Origin: Eledone cirrhosa
Taxonomy: Eukaryota
DNA: 64,000 nt
Reading direction: 5' to 3'
Assembly: GCA_964016885.1 (NCBI GenBank)
Contig: OZ024748.1
Span: forward strand, 37,014,001 to 37,078,000
Positions 1 through 13,800 of this stretch are shown piece by piece; position 1 is the stretch's first letter; each line of letters opens with the position of its first letter. A program made the translations under genes and the position numbers. The notes under the pieces are model-generated. The model had not been told where the DNA came from and ran no database searches. It worked only from the letters and a program-made list of their open reading frames with translations.

Positions 1-3000
1 CTCCCACTCTCTCATACTAAACCAGGTCCAACACAGAGGAACCAAACTCCTACTGTCACTGCCTCTGTCTCTCCCACTCTCTCATATACACAAGGTCCGA
101 ACACAGAGGTACGAAACCCCCACTGTCACTGCCTCTGTCTCTCCCACTCTCTCATATTACACCAGGTCCTAACACAGAGGAACCAAACTCCCACTGTCAC
201 TGCCTCCGTCTCTCCCACTCTCTCATACTAAACCAGGTCCAACACAGAGGAACCAAACTCCTACTGTCACTGCCTCTGTCTCTCCCACTCTCTCATATAC
301 ACCAGGTTCGAACACAGCAGTATGAAACCCTACTGTCACTGCCTCTGTCTCTCCCACTCTCTCAAATTAGACCAGGTCATAACACAGAGGAACCAAACTC
401 CCACTGTCACTGCCCCTGTCTCTCTTACTCTCTCATATTACACCAGGTCCCAACACAGAGGGACCAAACTCCCACTGTCACTGCCCCTGTCTCTCTTACT
501 CTCTCATATTACACCAGGTCCCAACACAGAGGAACCAAACTCCCACTGTCACTGCCTCTGTCTCTCCCACTCTCTCATACTACACCAGGTCCTAACACAG
601 AGGAACCAAACCCCCACTGTCACTGCCTCTCTCTCTCCCACTCTCTCATATTACACCAGGTCCTAACACAGAGGAACCAAACCCCCACTGTCACTGCCCC
701 TCTCTCTCCCACTCTCTCATATTACACCAGGTCCTAACACAGAGGACCCAAACTCCCACTGTCACTGCCTCCGTCTCTCTCACTCTCTCATACTAAACCA
801 GGTCCAACACAGAGGAACCAAACTCCCACTGTCACTGCCTCTGTCTCTCCTACTCTCTCATATACACCAGGTCCGAACATAGAGGTACGAGACCCCCACT
901 GTCACTGCCTCTGTCTCTCCCACTCACTCATATTACACCAGGTCCTAACACAGAGAAACCAAACTCCCACTGTCACTGCCTCTGTCTCTCCCACTCTCTC
1001 ATATTACACCAGGTCCCAACACAGAGGAACCAAACTCCCACTGTCACTGCCTCTGTCTCTCCCATTCTCTCACATTACACCAGTTCCCAACACAGAGGAA
1101 CCAAACTCCCACTGTCACTGCCTCTGTCTCTCCCACTCTCTCATATTAGACTAGGTCATAACACAGAGGAACCAAACTCCCACTGTCACTGCCTCCGTCT
1201 CTCCCACTCTCTCATACTAAACCAGGTCCAACACAGAGGAACCAAACTCCCACTGTCACTGCCTCTGTCTCTCCCACTCTCTCATATACACCAGGTCTGA
1301 ACACAGAGGTACGAGACCCCCACTGTCACTGCCTCTGTCTCTCCCACTCTCTCATATTACACCAGGTCCCAACACAGAGGAACCAAACTCCCACTGTCAC
1401 TGCCTCTGTCTCTCCCACTCTCTCATATTACACCAGTTCCCAACACAGAGGAACCAAACTCCCACTGTCACTGCCTCTGTCTCTCCCACTCTCTCATATT
1501 ACACCAGGTCCCAACACAGAGGTACCAAACTCCCACTGTCACTGCCTCTGTCTCTCCCACTCTCTCATATTACAACAAATCCCAACACAGAGGAACCAAA
1601 CTCCCACTGTCACTGCCTCTGTCTCTCCCACTCTCTCATATTAGACTAGGTCATAACACAGAGGAACCAAACTCACACTGTCACCGCCTCTGTCTCTCCC
1701 ACTCTCTCACATTACACCAGTTCCCAACACAGAGGAACCAAACTCCCACTGTCACTGCCTCTGTCTCTCCGACACTCTCATATTACACCAGGTCCTAACA
1801 CAGAGGTACCAAATCCCCACTGTCAGTGCCTCCGTCTCTCCCACTCTCTCATATTACACCAGGTCCCAACACAGAGGAACCAAACTCCCACTGTCACTAT
1901 CCTCTGTCTCTCCCACTCTCTCATATTACACCATGTCCCAACACAGAGGGACCAAACTCGCACTGTCACTGCCTCTGTCTCTCCCACTCTCTCATATTAC
2001 ATCAGGTCCTAACACAGAGGAACCAAACTCCCACTGTCACTGCCTCTGTCTCTCCCACTCTCTCATATTACACCAGGTCCCAACACAGAGGAACCAAACT
2101 CCCACTGTCACTGTCTCTGTCTCTCCCACTCTCTCATATTACACCAGGTCCCAACACAGAGGAACCAAACTCCCACTGTCACTGCCTCTGTCTCTCCCAC
2201 TCTCTCATATTACACCAGGTCCCAACACAGAGGAACCAAACTCCCACTGTCACTATCCTCTGTCTCTCCCACTCTCTCATATTACACCATGTCCCAACAC
2301 AGAGGGACCAAACTCGCACTGTCACTGCCTCTCTCTCTCCCACTCTCTCATATTAAACCAGGTCCCAACACAGAGGACCCGAACTCCCACTGTCATTGCC
2401 TCTGTCTCTCCCACTCTCTCATATTACACCAGGCCCTAACACAGAGGAACCAAACTCACACTGTGACTGCCTCTGTCTCTCCCACTCTCTCACATTACAC
2501 CAGTTCCCAACACAGAGGAACCAAACTCTCACTGTCACTGCCTCTCTCTCTCCCACTCTCTCATATTACACCAGGTCCTAACACAGAGGAACCAAACTCC
2601 CACTGTCACTGCCTCCGTCTCTCCCACTCTCTCATACTAAACCAGGTCCAACACAGAGGAACTAAACTCCCACTGTCACTGCCTCTCTCTCTACCACTCT
2701 CTCATATTAGACCAGGTCCTAACACAGAGGAACCAAACTCCCACTGTGACTGCCTCTGTCTCTCCCACTCTCTCACATTACACCAGTTCCCAACACAGAG
2801 GAACCAAACTCCCACTGTCACTGCCTCTGTCTCTCCCACACTCTCATATGACACCAGGTCCTAACACAGAGGTACCAAACTCCCACTGTCACTGCCTCCG
2901 TCTCTCCCACTCTCTCATACTAAACCAGGTCCAATACAGAGGAACCAAACTCCTACTGTCACTGCCTCTGTCTCTCCCACTCTCTCATATACACCAGGTC

Positions 3001-4895
3001 CAAACACAGAGGTACGAAACACCCACTGTCACTGCCTCTGTGTCTCCCACTCTCTCATATTACACCAGGTCCTAACACAGAGGAACCAAACTCCCACTGT
3101 CACTGCCTCCGTCTCTCCCACTCTCTCATACTAAACCAGGTCCAACACAGAGGAACCAAACTCCTACTGTCACTGCCTCTGTCTCTCCCACTCTCTCATA
3201 TACACAAGGTCCGAACACAGAGGTACGAAACCCCCACTGTCACTGCCTCTGTCTCTCCCACTCTCTCATATTACACCAGGTCCTAACACAGAGGAACCAA
3301 ACTCCCACTGTCACTGCCTCCGTCTCTCCCACTCTCTCATACTAAACCAGGTCCAACACAGAGGAACCAAACTCCTACTGTCACTGCCTCTGTCTCTCCC
3401 ACTCTCTCATATACACCAGGTTCGAACACAGCAGTATGAAACCCTACTGTCACTGCCTCTGTCTCTCCCACTCTCTCAAATTAGACCAGGTCATAACACA
3501 GAGGAACCAAACTCCCACTGTCACTGCCCCTGTCTCTCTTACTCTCTCATATTACACCAGGTCCCAACACAGAGGGACCAAACTCCCACTGTCACTGCCC
3601 CTGTCTCTCTTACTCTCTCATATTACACCAGGTCCCAACACAGAGGTACCAAACTCCCACTGTCACTGCCTCTGTCTCTCCCACTCTCTCATACTACACC
3701 AGGTCCTAACACAGAGGAACCAAACCCCCACTGTCACTGCCTCTCTCTCTCCCACTCTCTCATATTACACCAGGTCCTAACACAGAGGAACCAAACCCCC
3801 ACTGTCACTGCCCCTCTCTCTCCCACTCTCTCATATTACACCAGGTCCTAACACAGAGGAACCAAACTCCCACTGTCACTGCCTCCGTCTCTCTCACTCT
3901 CTCATACTAAACCAGGTCCAACACAGAGGAACCAAACTCCCACTGTCACTGCCTCTGTCTCTCCTACTCTCTCATATACACCAGGTCCGAACATAGAGGT
4001 ACGAGACCCCCACTGTCACTGCCTCTGTCTCTCCCACTCACTCATATTACACCAGGTCCTAACACAGAGAAACCAAACTCCCACTGTCACTGCCTCTGTC
4101 TCTCCCACTCTCTCATATTACACCAGGTCCCAACACAGAGGAACCAAACTCCCACTGTCACTGCCTCTGTCTCTCCCATTCTCTCACATTACACCAGTTC
4201 CCAACACAGAGGAACCAAACTCCCACTGTCACTGCCTCCGTCTCTCCCACTCTCTCATACTAAACCAGGTCCAACACAGAGGAACCAAACTCCCACTGTC
4301 ACTGCCTCTGTCTCTCCCACTCTCTCATATACACCAGGTCTGAACACACAGGTACGAGACCCCCACTGTCACTGCCTCTGTCTCTCCCACTCTCTCATAT
4401 TACACCAGGTCCCAACACAGAGGAACCAAACTCCCACTGTCACTGCCTCTGTCTCTCCCACTCTCTCATATTACACCAGTTCCCAACACAGAGGAACCAA
4501 ACTCCCACTGTCACTGCCTCTGTCTCTCCCACTCTCTCATATTACACCAGGTCCCAACACAGAGGTACCAAACTCCCACTGTCACTGCCTCTGTCTCTCC
4601 CACTCTCTCATATTACAACAAATCCCAACACAGAGGAACCAAACTCCCACTGTCACTGCCTCTCTCTCTCCCACTCTCTCATATTAGACTAGGTCATAAC
4701 ACAGAGGAACCAAACTCACACTGTCACCGCCTCTGTCTCTCCCACTCTCTCACATTACACCAGTTCCCAACACAGAGGAACCAAACTCCCACTGTCACTG
4801 CCTCTGTCTCTCCGACACTCTCATATTACACCAGGTCCTAACACAGAGGTACCAAATCCCCACTGTCAGTGCCTCCGTCTCTCCCACTCTCTCAT
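1..4895. repeat. Higher-order duplication: 1-~1855 repeated at 3115-~4895 (offset 3114, then 3043 after loss of one monomer)
   Basis: The rare variant TTCGAACACAGCAGTATGAAACCCTACTG occurs at ~307 and 3421, and ORF-track entries 322 and 3436 are nearly identical. TACAACAAATCCC and CCGACACTCTC variants recur at offset 3043. Confidence 0.9.
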
Positions 4896-7800
4896 ACTAA
4901 ACCAGGTCCAACACAGAGGAACCAAACTCCTACTGTCACTGCCTCTGTCTCTCCCACTCTCTCATATACACCACGTCCGAACACAGAGGTATGAAACCCC
5001 CACTGTCACTGCCTCTGTCTCTCCCACTCTCTCATATTACACCAGGTCCTAACACAGAGGAACCAAACTCCCACTGTCACTGCCTCTGTCTCTCCCACTC
5101 TCTCATATTACACCAGCTCCTAACACAGAGGAACCAAACTCCCACTGTTACTGCCTCTGTCTCTCCCACTCTCTCATATTACACCAGGTCCTAACACAGA
5201 GGAACCAAACTCCCACTGTCACTGCCTCTGTCTCTCCCACTCTCTCATATTACACCAGGTCCCAACACAGAGGAACCAAACTCCCACTGTCACTGCCTCT
5301 GTCTCTCCCACTCTCTCATATTACACCAGGTCCCAACACAGAGGAACCAAACTCCCACTCTCACTGCCTTTCTCTCTCCCACTCTCTCACATTACACCAG
5401 TTCCCAACACAGAGGAACCAAACTCCCACTGTCGCTCCCTCTGTCTCTCCCACTCTCTCATATTACACCAGGTCCTAACACAGAGGAACCAAACTCCCAC
5501 CGTCACTCCCTCTGTCTCTCCCACTCTCCCATATTACACCATGTCCCAACACAGAGGGACCAAACTCGCACTGTCATTGCCTCTCTCTCTCCCACTCTCT
5601 CATATTAAACCAGGTCCCAACACAGAGGAACCGAACTCCCACTGTCATTGCCTCTGTCTCTCCCACTCTCTCATATTACACCAGGCCCTAACACAGAGGA
5701 ACCAAACTCCCACTGTGACTGCCTCTGTCTCTCCCACTCTCTCATATTACACCAGTTCCCAACACAGAGGAACCAAACTCCCACTGTCACTGCCTCTCTC
5801 TCTCCCACTCTCTCATATTACACTAGGTCCTAACACAGAGGAACCAAACTCCCACTGTCACTGCCTCCGTCTCTCCCACTCTCTCATACTAAACCAGGTC
5901 CAACACAGAGGAACCAAACTCCCACTGTCACTGCTTCTCTCTCTCCCACTCTCTCATATTAGACCAGGTCCTAACACAGAGGAACCAAACTCCCACTGTG
6001 ACTGCCTCTGTCTCTCCCACTCTCTCACATTACACCAGTTCCCAACACAGAGGAACCAAACTCCCACTGTCACTGCCTCCGTCTCTCCCACTCTCTCATA
6101 CTAAACCAGGTCCAATACAGAGGAACCAAACTCCTACTGTCACTGCCTCTGTCTCTCCCACTCTCTCATATACACCAGGTCCAAACACAGAGGTACGAAA
6201 CCCCCACTGTCACTGCCTCTGTCTCTCCCACTCTCTCATATTACACCAGGTCCTAACACAGAGGAACCAAACTCCCACTCTCACTGCCTCTGTCTCTGCC
6301 ACTCTCTCATATTACACCAGGTCCCAACAAAGAGGGACCAAACTCCCACTGTCACTGCCTCTCTCTCTCCCACTCTCTCATATTACACCAGGTCCCAACA
6401 CAGAGGAACCAAACTCCCTCTGTCACTGCCTCTGTCTCTCCCACTCTCTCATATTACACCAGGTCCTAACACAGAGCAACCAAACCCCCACTGTCACTGC
6501 CTCTCTCTCTCCCACTCTCTCATATTACACCAGGTCCTAACACAGAGGAACCAAACCCCCACTGTCACTGCCTCTCTCTCTCCCACTCTCTCATATTACA
6601 CCAGGTCCTAACACAGAGGAACCAAACCCCCACTGTCACTGCCTCTCTCTCTCCCACTCTCTCATATTACACCAGGTCCTAACACAGAGGAACCAAACAC
6701 CCACTGTCACTGCCTCTCTCTCTCCCACTCTCTCATATTACACCAGATCCCAACACAGAGGAACCAAACTCCCTCTGTCACTGCCTCTCTCTCTCCCACT
6801 CTCTCATATTACACCAGATCCCAACACAGAGGAACCAAACCCCCACTGTCACTGCCTCTCTCTCTCCCACTCTCTCATATTACACCAGGTCCTAACACAG
6901 AGGAACCAAACACCCACTGTCACTGCCTCTCTCTCTCCCACTCTCTCATATTACACCAGATCCCAACACAGAGGAACCAAACCCCCACTGTCACTGCCTC
7001 TCTCTCTCCCACTCTCTCATATTACACCAGGTCCTAACACAGAGGAACCAAACCCCCACTGTCACTGCCTCTCTCTCTCCCACTCTCTCATATTACACCA
7101 GGTCCTAACACAGAGGAACCAAACACCCACTGTCACTGCCTCTCTCTCTCCCACTCTCTCATATTACACCAGATCCCAACACAGAGGAACCAAACTCCCA
7201 CTGTCACTGCCTCTCTCTCTACCACTCTCTCATATTAAACCAGGTCCTAACACAGAGGAACCGAACTCCCACTGTCACTGCCTCCGTCTCTCACACTCTC
7301 TCATACTAAACCAGGTCCAACACAGAGGAACCAAACTCCCATTGTCACTGCCTCTGTCTCTCCCACTCTCTCATATACACCAGGTCTGAACACAGAGGTA
7401 CGAGACCCCCACTGTCACTGCCTCTGTCTCTTCCACTCTCTCATATTACACCAGGTCCTAACACAGAGGAACCAAACTCCCACTGTCACTGCCTCTGTCT
7501 CTCCCACTCTCTCATATTACACCAGGTCCCAACACAGAGGAACCAAACTCCCACTGTCACTGCCTCTGTCTCTCCCACTCTCTCATATTACACCATGTCC
7601 CAACACAGAGGAACCAAACTCCCACTGTCACTGCCTCTGTCTCTCCCACTCTCTCATATTACACCAGGTCCCAACACAGAGGAACCAAACTCCACTGTCA
7701 CTGCCTCTGTCTCTCCCACTCTCTCATATTAGACCAGGTCCTAACACAGAGGAACCAAACTCCCACTGTCACTGCCTCTGTCTCTCCCACTCTCTCACAT

Positions 7801-10800
7801 TACACCAGTTCCCAACACAGAGGAACCAAACTCCCACTGTCACTGCCTCTGTCTCTCCCACTCTCTCATATTACACCAGGTCCCAACACAGAGGTACCAA
7901 ACTCCCACTGTCACTGCCTCTGTCTCTCCCACTCTCTCATATTACACCAGGTCCCAACACAGAGGTACCAAACTCCCACTGTCACTGCCTCTGTCTCTCC
8001 CACTCTCTCATATTACAACAAATCCCAACACAGAGGAACCAAACTCCCACTGTCACTGCCTCTGTCTCTCCCACTCTCTCATATTAGACTAGGTCCTAAC
8101 ACAGAGGAACCAAACTCCCACTGTCACTGCCTCTGTCTCTCCCACTCTCTCACATTACACCAGTTCCCAACACAGAGGAACCAAACTCCCACTGTCACTG
8201 CCTCTGTCTCTCCGACACTCTCATATTACACCAGGTCCTAACACAGAGGTACCAAACTCCCACTGTCAGTGCCTCTGTCTCTCCCACTCTCTCATACTAA
8301 ACCAGGTCCAACACAGAGGAACCAAACTCCTACTGTCACTGCCTCTGTCTCTCCCACTCTCTCATATACACCACGTCCGAACACAGAGGTATGAAACCCC
8401 CACTGTCACTGCCTCTGTCTCTCCCACTCTCTCATATTACACCAGGTCCTAACACAGAGGAACGAAACTCCCACTGTCATTGCCTCCGTCTCTCCCACTC
8501 TCTCATACTAAACCAGGTCCAATACAGAGGAACCAAACTCCTACTGTCACTGCCTCTGTCTCTCCCACTCTCTCATATTACACCAGGTCCAAACACAGAG
8601 GTACGAAACCCCCACTGTCACTGCCTCTGTCTCTCCCACTCTCTCATATTACACCAGGTCCCAACACAGAGGAACCAAACTCCCACTGTCACTGCCTCTG
8701 TCTCTCCCACTCTCTCATATTACACCAGGTCCCAACACAGAGGAACCAAACTCCCACTGTCACTATCCTCTGTCTCTACCACTCTCTCATATTACACCAG
8801 GTCCCAACACAGAGGAACCAATCTCCCACTGTCACTGCCTCTGTCTCTCCCACTCTCTCATATTACACCAGGTCCTAACACAGAGGAACCAAACCCCCAC
8901 TGTCACTGCCTCTCTCTCTCCCACTCTCTCACATTACACTAGTTCCCAACACAGAGGAACCAAACTCCCACTGTCGCTCCCTCTGTCTCTCCCACTCTCT
9001 CATATTACACCATGTCCCAACGCAGAGGGACCAAACTCGCACTGTCACTGCCTCTCTCTCTCCCACTCTCTCATATTAAACCAGGTCCCAACACAGAGGA
9101 CCCGAACTCCCACTGTCATTGCCTCTGTCTCTCCCACTCTCTCATATTACACCAGGCCCTAACACAGAGGAACCAAACTCCCACTGTGACTGCCTCTGTC
9201 TCTCCCACTCTCTCACATTACACCAGTTCCCAACACAGAGGAACCAAACTCCCACTGTCACTGCCTCTCTCTCTCCCACTCTCTCATATTACACCAGGTC
9301 CTAACACAGAGGAACCAAACTCCCACTGTCACTGCCTCCGTCTCTCCCACTCTCTCATACTAAACCAGGTCCAACACAGAGGAACCAAACTCCCACTGTC
9401 ACTGCCTCTCTCTCTCCCACTCTCTGATATTAGACCAGGTCCTAACACTGAGGAACCACACTCCCACTGTGACTGCCTCTGTCTCTCCCACTCTCTCACA
9501 TTACACCAGTTCCCAACACAGAGGAACCAAACTCCCACTGTCACTGCCTCTGTCTCTCCCACACTCTCATATGACACCAGGTCCTAAAACAGAGGTACCA
9601 AACTCCCACTGTCACTGCCTCCGTCTCTCCCACTCTCTCATACTAAACCAGGTCCAATACAGAGGAACCAAACTCCTACTGTCACTGCCTCTGTCTCTCC
9701 CACTCTCTCATATACACCAGGTCCAAACACAGAGGTACGAAAGCCCCACTGTCACTGCCTCTGTCTCTCCCACTCTCTCATATTACACCAGGTCCTAACA
9801 CAGAGGAACCAAACTCCCACTGTCACTGCCTCCGTCTCTCCCACTCTCTCATACTAAACCAGGTCCAACACAGAGGAACCAAACTCCTACTGTCACTGCC
9901 TCTGTCTCTCCCACTCTCTCATATACACAAGGTCCGAACACAGAGGTACGAAACCCCCACTGTCACTGCCTCTGTCTCTCCCACTCTCTCATATTACACC
10001 AGGTCCTAACACAGAGGAACCAAACTCCCACTGTCACTGCCTCCGTCTCTCCCACTCTGTCATACTAAACCAGGTCCAACACAGAGGAACCAAACTCCTA
10101 CTGTCACTGCCTCTGTCTCTCCCACTCTCTCATATACACCAGGTCCGAACACAGCAGTATGAAACCCCCACTGTCACTGCCTCTGTCTCTCCCACTCTCT
10201 CATATTACACCAGGTCATAACACAGAGGAACCAAACTCCCACTGTCACTGCCCCTGTCTCTCTTACTCTCTCATATTACACCAGGTCCCAACACAGAGCG
10301 ACCAAACTCCCACTGTCACTGCCTCTGTCTCTCTTACTATCTCATATTACACCAGGTCCCAACACAGAGGAACCAAACTCCCACTGTCACTGCCTCTGTC
10401 TCTCCCACTCTCTCATATTACACCAGGTCCTAACACAGAGGAACCAAACCCCCACTGTCACTGCCTCTCTCTCTCCCACTCTCTCATATTACACCAGGTC
10501 CTAACACAGAGGAACCAAACCCCCACTGTCACTGCCCCTCTCTCTCCCACTCTCTCATATTACACCAGGTCCTAACACAGAGGAACCAAACTCCCACTGT
10601 CACTGCCTCCGTCTCTCCCACTCTCTCATACTAAACCAGGTCCCAACACAGAGGAACCAAACTCCCACTGTCACTGCCTCTGTCTCTCCCACTCTCTCAC
10701 ATTACACCAGTTCCCAACACAGAGGAACCAAACTCCCACTGTCACTGCCTCTGTCTCTCCCATACTCTCATATTACACCAGGTCCTAACACAGAGGAACC

Positions 10801-13800
10801 AAACTCCCACTGTCACTGCCTCCGTCTCTCCCACTCTCTCATACTAAACCAGGTCCAACACAGAGTAACCAAACTCCTACTGTCACTGCCTCTGTCTCTC
10901 CCACTCTCTCATATACACCAGGTCCAAACACAGAGGTACGAAACCCCAACTGTCACTGCCTCTGTCTCTCCCACTCTCTCATATTACACCAGGTCCTAAT
11001 ACAGAGGAACCAAACTCCCACTGTCACTGCCTCCGTCTCTCCCACTCTCTCATACTAAACCAGGTCCAACACAGAGGAACCAAACTCCTACTGTCACTGC
11101 CTCTGTCTCTCCCACTCTCTCATATACACCAGGTCCGAACACAGAGGTATGAAACCCCCACTGTCACTGCCTCTGTCTCTCCCACTCTCTCATATTACAC
11201 CAGGTACTAACACAGAGGAACCAAACTCCCACTGTCACTGCCTCCGTCTCTCCCACTCTCTCATATTAAACCAGGTCCCAACACAGAGGACCCGAACTCC
11301 CACTGTCATTGCCTCTGTCTCTCCCACTCTCTCATATTACACCAGGCCCTAACACAGAGGAACCAAACTCCCACTGTGACTGCCTCTGTCTCTCCCACTC
11401 TCTCACATTACACCAGTTCCCAACACAGAGGAACCAAACTCCCACTGTCACTGCCTCTCTCTCTCCCACTCTCTCATATTACACCAGGTCCTAACACAGA
11501 GGAACCAAACTCCCACTGTCACTGCCTCCGTCTCTCCCACTCTCTCATACTAAACCAGGTCCAACACAGAGGAACCAAACTCCCACTGTCACTGCCTCTC
11601 TCTCTCCCACTCTCTGATATTAGACCAGGTCCTAACACTGAGGAACCACACTCCCACTGTGACTGCCTCTGTCTCTCCCACTCTCTCACATTACACCAGT
11701 TCCCAACACAGAGGAACCAAACTCCCACTGTCACTGCCTCTGTCTCTCCCACACTCTCATATGACACCAGGTCCTAAAACAGAGGTACCAAACTCCCACT
11801 GTAACTGCCTCCGTCTCTCCCACTCTCTCATACTAAACCAGGTCCAATACAGAGGAACCAAACTCCTACTGTCACTGCCTCTGTCTCTCCCACTCTCTCA
11901 TATACACCAGGTCCAAACACAGAGGTACGAAAGCCCCACTGTCACTGCCTCTGTCTCTCCCACTCTCTCATATTACACCAGGTCCTAATACAGAGGAACC
12001 AAACTCCCACTGTCACTGCCTCCGTCTCTCCCACTCTGTCATACTAAACCAGGTCCAACACAGAGGAACCAAACTCCTACTGTCACTGCCTCTGTCTCTC
12101 CCACTCTCTCATATACACCAGGTCCCAACACAGAGGAACCAATCTCCCACTGTCACTGCCTCTGTCTCTCCCACTCTCTCATATTACACCAGGTCCTAAC
12201 ACAGAGGAACCAAACCCCCACTGTCACTGCCTCTCTCTCTCCCACTCTCTCACATTACACTAGTTCCCAACACAGAGGAACCAAACTCCCACTGTCGCTC
12301 CCTCTGTCTCTCCCACTCTCTCATATTACACCATGTCCCAACGCAGAGGGACCAAACTCGCACTGTCACTGCCTCTCTCTCTCCCACTCTCTCATATTAA
12401 ACCAGGTCCCAACACAGAGGACCCGAACTCCCACTGTCATTGCCTCTGTCTCTCCCACTCTCTCATATTACACCAGGTCATAACACAGAGGAACCAAACT
12501 CCCACTGTCACTGCCCCTGTCTCTCTTACTCTCTCATATTACACCAGGTCCCAACACAGAGCGACCAAACTCCCACTGTCACTGCCTCTGTCTCTCTTAC
12601 TCTCTCATATTACACCAGGTCCCAACACAGAGGAACCAAACTCCCACTGTCACTGCCTCTGTCTCTCCCACTCTCTCATATTACACCAGGTCCTAACACA
12701 GAGGAACCAAACCCCCACTGTCACTGCCTCTCTCTCTCCCACTCTCTCATATTACACCAGGTCCTAACACAGAGGAACCAAACCCCCACTGTCACTGCCC
12801 CTCTCTCTCCCACTCTCTCATATTACACCAGGTCCTAACACAGAGGAACCAAACTCCCACTGTCACTGCCTCCGTCTCTCCCACTCTCTCATACTAAACC
12901 AGGTCCCAACACAGAGGAACCAAACTCCCACTGTCACTGCCTCTGTCTCTCCCACTCTCTCACATTACACCAGTTCCCAACACAGAGGAACCAAACTCCC
13001 ACTGTCACTGCCTCTGTCTCTCCCATACTCTCATATTACACCAGGTCCTAACACAGAGGAACCAAACTCCCACTGTCACTGCCTCCGTCTCTCCCACTCT
13101 CTCATACTAAACCAGGTCCAACACAGAGTAACCAAACTCCTACTGTCACTGCCTCTGTCTCTCCCACTCTCTCATATACACCAGGTCCAAACACAGAGGT
13201 ACGAAACCCCAACTGTCACTGCCTCTGTCTCTCCCACTCTCTCATATTACACCAGGTCCTAATACAGAGGAACCAAACTCCCACTGTCACTGCCTCCGTC
13301 TCTCCCACTCTCTCATACTAAACCAGGTCCAACACAGAGGAACCAAACTCCTACTGTCACTGCCTCTGTCTCTCCCACTCTCTCATATACACCAGGTCCG
13401 AACACAGAGGTATGAAACCCCCACTGTCACTGCCTCTGTCCCTCCCACTCTCTCATATTACACCAGGTACTAACACAGAGGAACCAAACTCCCACTGTCA
13501 CTGCCTCCGTCTCTCCCACTCTCTCATACTAAACCAGGTCCAACACAGAGGAACCAAACTCCCACTGTCACTGCCTCTGTCTCTCCCACTCTCTCATAAT
13601 ACACCAGGTCCCAACACAGAGGAACCAAACTCCCACTGTCACTGCCTCTGTCTCTCCCACTCTCTCATATTACACCAGGTCCCAACACAGAGGAACCAAA
13701 CTCCCACTGTCACTGCCTCTGTCTCTCCCACTCTCTCATATTACACCAGGTCCCAACACAGAGGAACCAAACTCCCACTGTCACTGCCTCTGTCGCTCCC

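Noticed and set aside
2455-2470. CACTGTG (RSS/Transib heptamer complement) in some monomers
   Set aside because: A rare point variant of CACTGTC with no nonamer at 12/23-bp spacing.
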